From the NCBI GenBank assembly GCA_036381415.1, contig DASVCV010000012.1:10717-74716 (forward strand): DNA of 64,000 nt, in the 5' to 3' direction. Position numbers and translations under genes: made by a program. A model generated the notes under the pieces. That model worked only from the letters and a program-made list of their open reading frames with translations. It ran no database searches and was not told where the DNA came from. The DNA is from Patescibacteria group bacterium (GTDB taxonomy: Bacteria; Patescibacteriota; Microgenomatia; UBA8517). This document shows positions 21,593 to 31,155 of this stretch, piece by piece. Every line of letters begins with the position of its first letter. Within the stretch, counting starts at the first letter, position 1.

Positions 21593-23127
21593 CTAATAAG
21601 TACGGATTAATTCTTATTTTGCTGTTGGCGTTCTGTCTTAGAGTAGCCTGGATAAGTAAGTCCCCTCCATCCCTTAATTGGGATGAAGCATCTTTTGGAT
21701 ATAATGCCTACTCAATTCTTAAAACTGGTAAGGATGAATTTGGAGTTAAACTCCCCATATTTCTTAGGTCCTTTGACGACTACAAACCAGCCCTTTATTC
21801 ATACCTTACAATTCCCTTCATATATCTATTGGGGCTAAATGAAGCTTCAGTCAGACTGGTTTCCGTTTTTTCAGGCACTTTCTCAGTGATATTTATATAT
21901 CTATTAGCAAAAGAGCTCTTTAAAAACAAATACATTGGGCTTCTTTCAGCTCTATCTATAGCAATTGAACCCTGGGCCATCCACTTTTCAAGAGCCGCCT
22001 TTGAAGCAAACCTTGCCCTCACATTAGTTTTAGGTGGTATCTACTTTTTACTAAAATCAAAACTAAAAGATAACTACGTAGTATTAGGAACCCTACTTCT
22101 TTCTTTATCTCTATATGCATACACCGCAAGCCGTATACTCATAATCCCCATTCTTTTAGTTTTTCTTGCCATTTATGGAAAAAATCTATTTAAAATCAGA
22201 AAAACTTTATATTTAATAATTATTTTTAACTTAATTCTAGTTCTTCCAATAATAATAACTAACATTGTCCACCCAGAAACCTTGTTTAGGTTATCCTCAA
22301 CATTTTTAATTTCAAGTTCCACCCCGGCAAGATTTCTTTCCTACTTCTCACCAATAAATTTATTTGTAAGAGGTTCTTCAGAGCCAACCCAACATATTCC
22401 AAACTTCGGAATGTTTTTTAGTTTTGAATTTTTCTTCTGGGTAATAGGAATCTATTTTCTCTTAAAAAAGTACACAAAAGAAAAAATTTTAATCTTTCTA
22501 ATTCTTGTAGCTCCAATTCCAGCTGCAATAACATGGAATTGGTTTTATCCTGCCCGAGTTCTACCTTTGTTTTCGCTTTTTTCAATTCTAATAGGATTAG
22601 GCTCATACCAGACAATAATTTATCTTGCCACAAAACCAAAAATTATTTTTGCTTTTTCAATTCTTGCTATTGCATTCCTTACTCTGTACAACCTTGCCAA
22701 TCTGGTAACCACACTCCGTTATCTACTTCCATACGAGGATAGAGGAAACTGGCAATATGGAATGAGAGAAATAGTCCAAGAAATTGCAAAGAATGAATCT
22801 AACTACAACACAATTGTTTTCGAAACAAGAAACGCCCAGCCCTTTATCTTTGTACTTTTCTATTCCAAGTATCCGCCTGATATGTATCAAAAACAGATAG
22901 AAAACACCGCCAAACTCCAAATCCCAAGGAAAAGCTTTGATTTTGGAAAATACATCTTTAGAGATGTTTACTGGCCAAATGACAAGAAAGACCAAAGAAC
23001 TCTTCTTGTTGCTCCAGATTCATCACTGCCACTAGATAAGGTAAAATCAAACTCAAATCTAAACCTCATTAAAGAAGTTAATGATTTTGAAGGAAACCTT
23101 CTGGCAAGAATAGTAGGACTTAGATAA
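21571..23127 (+). CDS. GT-C (PMT_2/ArnT-like) glycosyltransferase, subtype A
   Basis: NWDEASFGYNAYSILKTGKDEFG, DDYKPALY, EPWAIHFSRAAFE, WQYG, QPFIF. Confidence 0.85.
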   Translation: MDRIIQITNKYGLILILLLAFCLRVAWISKSPPSLNWDEASFGYNAYSILKTGKDEFGVKLPIFLRSFDDYKPALYSYLTIPFIYLLGLNEASVRLVSVFSGTFSVIFIYLLAKELFKNKYIGLLSALSIAIEPWAIHFSRAAFEANLALTLVLGGIYFLLKSKLKDNYVVLGTLLLSLSLYAYTASRILIIPILLVFLAIYGKNLFKIRKTLYLIIIFNLILVLPIIITNIVHPETLFRLSSTFLISSSTPARFLSYFSPINLFVRGSSEPTQHIPNFGMFFSFEFFFWVIGIYFLLKKYTKEKILIFLILVAPIPAAITWNWFYPARVLPLFSLFSILIGLGSYQTIIYLATKPKIIFAFSILAIAFLTLYNLANLVTTLRYLLPYEDRGNWQYGMREIVQEIAKNESNYNTIVFETRNAQPFIFVLFYSKYPPDMYQKQIENTAKLQIPRKSFDFGKYIFRDVYWPNDKKDQRTLLVAPDSSLPLDKVKSNSNLNLIKEVNDFEGNLLARIVGLR

Positions 23128-23135
23128 TCCCATTA

Positions 23136-24401
23136 TTAATTTATTAAAGAGTTAATTTTCTTTGTAAGATGTATAAGCTTTATAAATACAATAAGGTTAA
23201 TAATCGAAAGCGCTGTCTTTACACTATCTATCTTTAAAAGGCTCTCCAGGAAGGAAAAAGGAGGTGCCCAAAACAAATGATATAGATTTAAAAGACTTAA
23301 AATAGACAAAATAATATAAGAAATTAAAATTTCTGGGAAAAATCCAAGAGAAATAGTAGCCAGCGGAAAAAAGGGATAAAGATACCTCTCATGAATTCTT
23401 GTAAAAAACAAAAACGTAGCCAAAGCAGTCAAACTTAAAGCATAGAAAATATACTTTTCTTCAAATTTATGTTTCTTTAGCCATAATATTAGTGTAAGTA
23501 CTATCCCGATAACCAAAAGATACCCCCAAATATGTGCTGACAAGCCAAAATAAATGTAAGAATCAAGAACTTTTCCAGGATCAACTATCCACCAGAAATT
23601 AAAGGCATTGGCAGTTAAATACCCAATCTCCCCTGGAAATATTCTTTGATTATATAAATTAAATAGCCAAACAGGTAAATCAAAAGCTGGGTGGAACCAA
23701 ATTGATATTCCAACTACGCATATTGCACATGCTGCAAATGCCCTCACCCACTCCTTTACTTCATATTTCTGCCAAATCATTACCACAAAAAGAATTGGCA
23801 GAAAGATAGACAAAGACCCTTTAAACAGTAAGCTCAAAACTATAAATATCATGGATAAAACTAGTTTCCTCTTCATTAGAAAAAGAATACTCACTAGTCC
23901 TAATAAATTTACAATTGGATCTGTTTGCCCCCAAACAGCAGAGTTATATAAAATAACAGGATTAAATAGCCACAAAGCACTCAAAATAAACCCCCTTCTT
24001 TCCATCTTCTTTTCTTTAAAGTACTTATAAATAAGCCATCCAATCCCAAGATCAGCTAAAACTGACGGAAGCTTAACCAACAAGGTCATTCCTTGTCTTT
24101 CCCAATACCAAATAAACTTTGATGGAAAAAATGAAATGCGATTATTTAGGAACCAGGAACTATTATCAACAAAACTCCAAATATTATTAGTAAAAGCAAA
24201 TAGAAGTATAGTTAAAGGCGGCTGGTTTGGTGCTGAATTAGGCCAATCAGTCCCTTCATAAAAATTAGCTAGTCCTCTCTCACTAGCTAACTTTCCCCAA
24301 GAAATATTGTTATTTAAATCCCCGTGGAATGCAATTGGGATTAAAAGGAGTCTTAATATAAAAGCAGCTAGTATTAATATAATAAATTTTTTGCTCTTCA
24401 T
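23136..24401 (-). CDS. GT-C glycosyltransferase, GT87/ALG6-ALG8-like
   Basis: HGDLN..W, NQPPL, LVKLP..LAD, FNP, WGQTD, NAFNFW, IHERYLYP. Confidence 0.75.
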   Translation of the reverse strand: MKSKKFIILILAAFILRLLLIPIAFHGDLNNNISWGKLASERGLANFYEGTDWPNSAPNQPPLTILLFAFTNNIWSFVDNSSWFLNNRISFFPSKFIWYWERQGMTLLVKLPSVLADLGIGWLIYKYFKEKKMERRGFILSALWLFNPVILYNSAVWGQTDPIVNLLGLVSILFLMKRKLVLSMIFIVLSLLFKGSLSIFLPILFVVMIWQKYEVKEWVRAFAACAICVVGISIWFHPAFDLPVWLFNLYNQRIFPGEIGYLTANAFNFWWIVDPGKVLDSYIYFGLSAHIWGYLLVIGIVLTLILWLKKHKFEEKYIFYALSLTALATFLFFTRIHERYLYPFFPLATISLGFFPEILISYIILSILSLLNLYHLFWAPPFSFLESLLKIDSVKTALSIINLIVFIKLIHLTKKINSLIN

Positions 24402-26068
24402 TTATTACAATATACACTTTTGTTGGGTGTGCTTGCACACTTTAATCCCGGATTAGTTTTGTAACCAATAAATATTGGCCGATGAATAGGATCATCAATT
24501 TCAAAAACCTTGGTTAAAAAATGCTCCTTAGCCTGTTTAGAAGATATAGATAGCTCATCCCCTACCAAAATTTGATTTTTGTATATATCTTTTTCCCAAA
24601 TTATCCCTCGAGTTTCAACATTTTCAAATTGATGGTATGGATCAAACTTAGTATTACTATAATAATTATATTTTATCGTTTGATCTATGTTTTTTTGATA
24701 AATTAAAGGATCAATCTTCATAAAAAATGCCAATTCAATATATGGTATTTTTATTCTTTGATCTTCAACAATGTAGTGCGTCTCAGAATCCTTTCTAATT
24801 AATTGGGACAACTCCTCAAAGCCAAAGCTAAAATCTCTAGCTTTCTCATTAATAAACAAAACAAAATAAGATCTCCAGAAAAATGACAAGGAAATAAACA
24901 AAAATAAAATAACAAATAAACTCTTTACTAATAATTTAGGTTTAAATTTGTTTAGAAACACCATAACTTCATTTATTCCAAACGCAATAATAAGGCTTAT
25001 TGGAAAAACAACAGGCATTGCTCTGTGGGTTGACAATGGATCCTTAGTTAATGCCGCAGGGATAGGTGAAAGAAGTAAAACTAATAATATAAATTTTGAA
25101 TAATCCTCTTTTCTCTTTTTCCAAAGATAAACTACCCCAATCAAATAAGGAACAACCATCCAAACATAAAAAGGTGTCATTTCTGGCATATCCAAATCAT
25201 TTGATAAAAACAAACTTCTTGGAGAAAAATAGTTTACATATTGAGAAAGAAACTCTCGTAAAAAAGATAATACAAAAGCAACTAATTTGGGAAAAATATT
25301 AATTTTTTCTGCCTGTGACAAAATTGCAGAAGAAGACATTAAATCAGACTTAGGAAAAAAAGCAGGTGTAAAAACTATCATTAAGTTAGGTATCTGAGTC
25401 AAAAACAATATTGCAAAAGAAATAATAATATTTTTATAATTTTCTTTTTTAAGTATCTTTTTCCTAAAAATAACAAAAAAGAAAAGAATTAAAGGAGGAA
25501 TAATAAATCTTTCGGTATAGGCAGCATAAAGAGAAAATGAAAGAAAAACTGCAGAAGGAATTAAGTAGATGCTCTTTTTAAGAGAAAGCCAAAGAAATAA
25601 AGAACCTGCACAAAAAAGAAAGAACGCTAGCGACACTTCATATCCAACCCTGCTTTGGAATACAAGCCAAGGAGTTACTGCAAAAAACAAACTTCCAACT
25701 AGTGAAATTTTAAGGTTCTTAAGGAAAAAATAAAATACAAAAATTGACAAAAACCCGCTTAATGATGCAACAATTCTTACTGCATATGGATTTAACCCCC
25801 ATATTTTTATAGGAAGTGTAGTTAAGTAAATATATAAAGGCGCATTATAAGAGCCATACATCCTAAAAACTATCGGCAAGAACTTTCCATATTCATCCTT
25901 GCCAGTTTGGAGAATACTGTAAGCATTATACCCATGAAGTGCTTCATCCACATAAAACCCTTTCGGAACAGATTCTAGCTTAACAAAAAAGATTATAAAT
26001 CCAATAACACCTAGAAGTGTTAATATCAAAACTGATACCCAATTTCTTTTAATTTTAAAGTGTTGCAT
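24398..26068 (-). CDS. GT-C (PMT_2/ArnT-like) glycosyltransferase, subtype A
   Basis: YVDEALHGYNAYSILQTGKDEYG, TPWLVFQSRVGYE, SPIPAALT. ATG 26068 preferred. Confidence 0.85.
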   Translation of the reverse strand: MQHFKIKRNWVSVLILTLLGVIGFIIFFVKLESVPKGFYVDEALHGYNAYSILQTGKDEYGKFLPIVFRMYGSYNAPLYIYLTTLPIKIWGLNPYAVRIVASLSGFLSIFVFYFFLKNLKISLVGSLFFAVTPWLVFQSRVGYEVSLAFFLFCAGSLFLWLSLKKSIYLIPSAVFLSFSLYAAYTERFIIPPLILFFFVIFRKKILKKENYKNIIISFAILFLTQIPNLMIVFTPAFFPKSDLMSSSAILSQAEKINIFPKLVAFVLSFLREFLSQYVNYFSPRSLFLSNDLDMPEMTPFYVWMVVPYLIGVVYLWKKRKEDYSKFILLVLLLSPIPAALTKDPLSTHRAMPVVFPISLIIAFGINEVMVFLNKFKPKLLVKSLFVILFLFISLSFFWRSYFVLFINEKARDFSFGFEELSQLIRKDSETHYIVEDQRIKIPYIELAFFMKIDPLIYQKNIDQTIKYNYYSNTKFDPYHQFENVETRGIIWEKDIYKNQILVGDELSISSKQAKEHFLTKVFEIDDPIHRPIFIGYKTNPGLKCASTPNKSVYCNK

Positions 26069-26819
26069 AAATAATAGTTTGAACAAAGACCAATAAATAG
26101 CAAACAATAAATAACCCAACCACGATCCTTTCATTAAGCACTTTTGAAACTTTTATCTTTTCATAGACATACTTTACTCCTGATAAAATTGATAAGAATA
26201 TAAATGGGAACAAAACAAATGGACCAATAGGGTTTGATTGTCCAATTAATCCAATCAAAAAAATTGGAATAGCAAAAGACAAGAAAAATATCTTTTTTTC
26301 TTTCTTGTAATCAAAATTTAAAAATCCTATTACAAAAAATGGAAGTAGAATATAAGGAAACTTCTCAAACTCCTTAAATCCTACTCTTTCATTAGGATGG
26401 TTTGAGAAAAAATATAAATTTAAACTCAATGCATCACTAACATTGTTTTTAATTCTATATATGGACAACAACCAGGGTTTGTTTTCAAACCAATTAGCAG
26501 TAGGTATCCATAAATTTTTATTAAATATTTTTATATACACAGGTGGATATTCTTTTAATCTTTGTATCTGGTACAGTTTTTCTTGATCACCCAACTGGAC
26601 TAAAGGAATAGTCTTAGTAGTTGCAAACTGAAATGCAATAAGAATAAGCATGCTAATAATAAAAATCTTATTTATTTTTTTCTCTTTTACGCTTTTATAT
26701 ATAAAAAATGTTGCAGCTAAGACAGCAGTAAATATAAAGAAATTAAAATGTAGTATTTTCCAAATCCAAATATTTGCAAAAAGAAAAATAAAAAATAATT
26801 TTAAATTAAGATTAGTCAT
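26055..26819 (-). CDS. Short membrane protein resembling the loop and C-terminal TM part of subtype-A GT-Cs
   Basis: WFENK...NVSDALSLNLYFFSNHPNER...LPFFVIG aligns by eye with HNK...NYxxYFSPxFLF..GD.N.RH...LPFFxxG of the paralogs. No DE motif and no C-terminal soluble domain. Confidence 0.55.
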   Translation of the reverse strand: MTNLNLKLFFIFLFANIWIWKILHFNFFIFTAVLAATFFIYKSVKEKKINKIFIISMLILIAFQFATTKTIPLVQLGDQEKLYQIQRLKEYPPVYIKIFNKNLWIPTANWFENKPWLLSIYRIKNNVSDALSLNLYFFSNHPNERVGFKEFEKFPYILLPFFVIGFLNFDYKKEKKIFFLSFAIPIFLIGLIGQSNPIGPFVLFPFIFLSILSGVKYVYEKIKVSKVLNERIVVGLFIVCYLLVFVQTIIYATL

Positions 26820-26835
26820 AAATTCTAAACATGTC

Positions 26836-28620
26836 TTACCAGAGAGAAGGGAAGTTATCTGGTATTATCCCATCAGGATATTTTGTATTTCTTTCTACTT
26901 CAACCATATATTTAAACCTACTAGGAGGAACAGGAAGTGGAGTCGGCATCTTAGATAGAGGATAAAATTCAATCATTGAATAGGCAGCTACTCCATCAGG
27001 ATAGTAGAAAGTCTTGACGACCTTTGAATTTTGAGGAATCTCCTCCCCCTTACACACATACAAAACATTTAATTTGCCACTCTTAGGGCAGTTAAATGTC
27101 ATCTTAAAATAAATATTATCCAACCTATCTACCCTCTCCCATTTACTTTCAGATACTGGCTTTATGACAGCTCTTTTAAGAAACTCCTGAGGAGTTATTG
27201 CTCCATAGAAAAGGAAAAATATGTAATCATCATTGTTTACAGCAACGGCTTTATAATTATCTTTAATTGCTAATATTTCCTTAGTCATGCTCTCATTTAC
27301 AGCTTCTTTAAACCAAGGTCTGTCAGTTGGCTTTTGCACAAAAATTTGGTTCAAAGCATAAAAAGAACTTAGAAGTCCAAACACAAAAATTCCAGCTAAA
27401 ACAACTTTCTTAACATTTCCTTTAAATAAATTACCAATGCTTAAAAAGCCATATGCTGAAATAAGGCAAATTGGAACAATCATAATAGAAGCTCTGTGAA
27501 TATATGGCCCTCCATCAGTTAGAGATGCAGCTACAGGAGCAGCTAGAAGCCAAGCAAATACAATAATGCCACTTTTAAAGTCACTTTTAAATAGAAAAAG
27601 TAACCCGGCAGGCAAAAGTACAACTTCCACCAAAAGTAAAACTCCCATGTCAGGAATTCTTTCTTTAGAATCCATTGCTCCAGTAAAAAATAAAAATTGA
27701 GGGCTAAAATATCTAGCATAGCGATCTAAAAGTCCAACAGCTCCAATCTCATATTTATTATGTAAAAACCAGGTTAATCTTGGAGCAATTTTTACAGGAG
27801 AAACACCCGCCTGAAAGTAAATCTCTTCCAAATGGCTTGCCTCATCTGATGTCATACCACTCCAAATATCTGCTCCAGCTCTTCCTCTATTTTCGGCAGG
27901 GATGAAAGAAAGAAAAATTATTAAACCCAAAGCTGCTGCAAACCCAGCTAAAACTTTTCTTTGTACTTTTAAATTAGAATTTTTAATAAAAGATATTCCA
28001 ACTAATCCTAAAAGGAATAAGGGTATAAAAACTCTTTGAGCTCCATATGTAAAAGATGAAATTAAAAATAAAACAAAGGCTGTAGCAATAAGTATTCTTC
28101 GCTTTTTTATTTCTTTTGCATTCTTAAATTTAAACGCAGCAAAAAGAGCAACAACTGCTCCTGTGGTTAAAACCATAGCAATATGGTTTTCATACCCCAA
28201 CCTAGATTCAAGAATGCTCCATGGTGACAAAGCAGCAAGCCAGGAGGCAACAAGCCCCATTTTAGGATTTGAAAATATCAAAACAGCTAGTGCATATAAT
28301 AGTAATATGAGAATAACTCCAGATGCTGCATCCCAAAACCGAATCTCCACATTTTTCATTCCAAAAATAGCAGCAGGGATTGCATTTAAGTAGGCAAGTC
28401 CAGGATATTTAAAATCTCCAATAGATGCAAAATTAAGTGGAAGTACCTTGCCATACTCATCAGTTCCAAAATGAAGTAAGCTCCAACCGTAGTATCCAAA
28501 AGCAACTTCATCTCCATCTGGCGGAAACGGTAGAGTGGTAATTCTCCAGAAGCGGGTACCGACACCAACTAATACTGCAAGTATTAGTAAGATCTTAACC
28601 CAATTCATTTTCATCTTCAC
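26836..28620 (-). CDS. GT-C (PMT_2/ArnT-like) glycosyltransferase, subtype A
   Basis: DGDEVAFGYYGWSLLHFGTDEYG, GDFKYPG, SPWSILESRLGYE. Confidence 0.85.
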   Translation of the reverse strand: MKMKMNWVKILLILAVLVGVGTRFWRITTLPFPPDGDEVAFGYYGWSLLHFGTDEYGKVLPLNFASIGDFKYPGLAYLNAIPAAIFGMKNVEIRFWDAASGVILILLLYALAVLIFSNPKMGLVASWLAALSPWSILESRLGYENHIAMVLTTGAVVALFAAFKFKNAKEIKKRRILIATAFVLFLISSFTYGAQRVFIPLFLLGLVGISFIKNSNLKVQRKVLAGFAAALGLIIFLSFIPAENRGRAGADIWSGMTSDEASHLEEIYFQAGVSPVKIAPRLTWFLHNKYEIGAVGLLDRYARYFSPQFLFFTGAMDSKERIPDMGVLLLVEVVLLPAGLLFLFKSDFKSGIIVFAWLLAAPVAASLTDGGPYIHRASIMIVPICLISAYGFLSIGNLFKGNVKKVVLAGIFVFGLLSSFYALNQIFVQKPTDRPWFKEAVNESMTKEILAIKDNYKAVAVNNDDYIFFLFYGAITPQEFLKRAVIKPVSESKWERVDRLDNIYFKMTFNCPKSGKLNVLYVCKGEEIPQNSKVVKTFYYPDGVAAYSMIEFYPLSKMPTPLPVPPSRFKYMVEVERNTKYPDGIIPDNFPSLW

Positions 28621-30344
28621 CTTCCGCTAAAAATATAAAATGCAGGAGCTCCTGAGGGATAGGCAATTGCTTTTATCAGCTTTAAATCCCCTGGTGTCCT
28701 TTCTGGCTCATGAATTAAGTCAACCTTAACCTCATTGGCAGTAGCTACATATAAAGTATTTTTATCTAGTAGCTTTCCAAATCCATACACTCCCTCACCA
28801 GCAACACTTGCTGTCCCAAAATAATATTTATCAATATAGGAAACATTTCCAAACCCCTTCACTTCAGTCTTCTTAAATGGATATCCTTCGTGCCATTTGG
28901 CAGGTGGATATGGGTAAAACCCTGCAAAAAATATCCAAGGAGGTTCAGAATATGTTGAAATTATAACTTTACTATAATTTCCTTCTACTTCTTTCATGGC
29001 ACTAATTGCTTCCTTAAATCCATAATGCCACATCCGCTCATTGTCCCAAGGGTTATGTACAAAGTATCCATGAAGGAAAAATATAATAGACACAACCCAA
29101 ACTGCTCCGTATACTAAAACTAAATATTTTCTATAATTCTTTTTTACTAATTTAATCCCTTCAACAATTCCATACGAAATTAAAATTACTAATGGAGGCA
29201 GTATTAGAATTAAGCGTGTTGAGTGTGTTCCACCATCACGGGTTAACGCCGAAGGAAGTACACCTGCTAATATCCAAAAACCAATCAAGGCTTTTAATCT
29301 TTTGTTTTTAGTCTTTACAAAAAACAAAAACAGTCCAGCAACAAGCGGAATTGCTTCTAATTTATAAAACTGACCAATCTCTTGTATTGAGTGCCTTGAG
29401 TTAGGATCTCCAGTATTAAATAAATAATCAGCACCTAATGCCTGGAAATAGTTTCTGGTAATAACTGTTCCAATGATAGTAAATTTATTGTGTAACAACC
29501 TGTCTATTATCGTTGGGTTCACTCCTATTTGAGTTTCTCCCCTCATTAAAGCATCTCTTTGTCTAGCAAAACCTACCTCAGACTCAATTGTAGGATCAGT
29601 AAAAATACCTATATAATCAAATCTTGCCGTTCCTCCTCCAAACATTGTGCTAAATGCAATTGGAACACCAACAATAAGTCCTGCTATGGCTGTATAAACA
29701 AGTTGCCTTCTAGGAAGTGAAAATATCTCTTTTCTCCAAACTAATGTTAAAAATACAATTAAAAACGGTGTAAATAATTTGGCAGTGCTGTAAATCCACG
29801 GGGTAAGACAAAAACAAACTGCAGCAAGCCACATCCATTTTCCATTCTTTAGACCCTTAAAAAAGAAATACAAGCCTAACATTAAAAAAAACAAAAGCTC
29901 AGTAACTTCAAACCCAGCCCTGCTGTACTGAAAATGCCATGGGGAAAAAGTAAGTACCAGTGCTGAAAGAAGTGCCAGCTTTTCACTTTTAAACAACTCC
30001 TTTACTAAAAGGTAAAATGCCCAAATCCCTAAAACTCCAAAAATAACTGCAGGAAGCCTTACCCCATAAGGACTAATTCCAAATAAAGCTACCGTAGGTA
30101 CTGCACTATATAAATAAAGAGGAGTTCTCCACTCAGCTAGTGAATTAAAATGAAGAGGGAGTATATTCCCAGAGTAATCTTTTCCAGTTTTTAAAAATGA
30201 ATAAGCCTGATACCCCAAGTCCACTTCATCTCCAAACAAAGAAACAGGCACTTTTGTTATATTCCAAAACCTTAGAATAAAGGCTAAAGCAAGAATTGCA
30301 ATTAAAATGTGAATAGGTTTTATCTTTTTGACTATTTTTTCCAT
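28617..30344 (-). CDS. GT-C (PMT_2/ArnT-like) glycosyltransferase, subtype A
   Basis: FGDEVDLGYQAYSFLKTGKDYSG, EWRTPLY, SPWHFQYSRAGFE, WHYG. Confidence 0.85.
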   Translation of the reverse strand: MEKIVKKIKPIHILIAILALAFILRFWNITKVPVSLFGDEVDLGYQAYSFLKTGKDYSGNILPLHFNSLAEWRTPLYLYSAVPTVALFGISPYGVRLPAVIFGVLGIWAFYLLVKELFKSEKLALLSALVLTFSPWHFQYSRAGFEVTELLFFLMLGLYFFFKGLKNGKWMWLAAVCFCLTPWIYSTAKLFTPFLIVFLTLVWRKEIFSLPRRQLVYTAIAGLIVGVPIAFSTMFGGGTARFDYIGIFTDPTIESEVGFARQRDALMRGETQIGVNPTIIDRLLHNKFTIIGTVITRNYFQALGADYLFNTGDPNSRHSIQEIGQFYKLEAIPLVAGLFLFFVKTKNKRLKALIGFWILAGVLPSALTRDGGTHSTRLILILPPLVILISYGIVEGIKLVKKNYRKYLVLVYGAVWVVSIIFFLHGYFVHNPWDNERMWHYGFKEAISAMKEVEGNYSKVIISTYSEPPWIFFAGFYPYPPAKWHEGYPFKKTEVKGFGNVSYIDKYYFGTASVAGEGVYGFGKLLDKNTLYVATANEVKVDLIHEPERTPGDLKLIKAIAYPSGAPAFYIFSGR

Positions 30345-31120
30345 AATCGAGAAATTTTAATGACTAGATTAATAATATAGTATCCAGTAAGTCCGTGGTA
30401 GGTCTTGCTGCTTTTAACTAAAAAATCCATCTTTCCACCACTTGCTCCATGGTAGTGAATTATTTGAGAGGAAGGTACATAGTAAACTTTCAATCCCATC
30501 CTTCTTACTTTTCTGCAATAGTCTAGATCCTCAAAATACATAAAATATCTTTCATCCAAAAACCCTACTTCACCAATTGCCCGAGGCGTAAGTAGAAATG
30601 CAGCACCAACAACCGACTCAACCTCAACAGGGTCATCCCCCTTTGGTGCATATTTATCTAAAATCTTTTTACCAAACCAATAATGCATTACTGCTCTGTA
30701 AATAGTAGGGAGTCTAAAAACAGAAGATTGTATAGACCTGTCAGGATTTAAAAGTCTTGCTCCAACTACACCTGCAAAACTTTTTCCACTCGCAAACTTA
30801 TATAAATTATATATTGAATCTTTCTTTACCTTTGTATCAGAATTAAGAAGAAGAACATATCTCCCATGTGCAGATTTAATTCCAATATTATTAGCCTTCG
30901 AAAATCCTAAATTTACTTCGTTTTCAATAATTCTTAATTTTGCACCCAGCCTCTTAGCTGATTTATATTTTTCAAAAGCTTCTACCGACTCATCACCTGA
31001 TGCATTATCAACTACAACAATTTCATAACGAACCTTAACATCTGAACTTAAAATGGATTTAAGACACTCCAAAGTAAGCTTTTTTGTGTTAAAGTTAACA
31101 ATTATTATAGATAAATCCAT
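30332..31120 (-). CDS. GT2 (WbbL/rhamnosyltransferase-like)
   Basis: SIIIVNFN, NLGFSKANNIG, LLNSD, VGAAFLL, LDERYFMYFEDLD. Confidence 0.88.
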   Translation of the reverse strand: MDLSIIIVNFNTKKLTLECLKSILSSDVKVRYEIVVVDNASGDESVEAFEKYKSAKRLGAKLRIIENEVNLGFSKANNIGIKSAHGRYVLLLNSDTKVKKDSIYNLYKFASGKSFAGVVGARLLNPDRSIQSSVFRLPTIYRAVMHYWFGKKILDKYAPKGDDPVEVESVVGAAFLLTPRAIGEVGFLDERYFMYFEDLDYCRKVRRMGLKVYYVPSSQIIHYHGASGGKMDFLVKSSKTYHGLTGYYIINLVIKISRLWKK

Positions 31121-31155
31121 TTATTGCATATTTCCCAACTTGGCAACAAACTTTC

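Noticed and set aside
20292-23135. Plus-strand two-gene block as a possible invertible phase-variation cassette
   Set aside because: I saw no flanking inverted repeats and no recombinase in the window, and the block has its own correctly spaced promoter.
13620-30240. Recurring similar DNA segments, such as aaaattgaataggcat near 15326 and 20161
   Set aside because: They encode the conserved DE-GYNAYSILKTG motif of paralogous genes and differ at synonymous sites. They are not CRISPR repeats or a DGR template/variable pair, and no Cas or reverse transcriptase gene is present.
31121-31155. Short palindrome CCAACTTGG (and TACAATTTGTA near 6973) as a terminator
   Set aside because: Stems are too short and weak, with no proper loop or U-tract.
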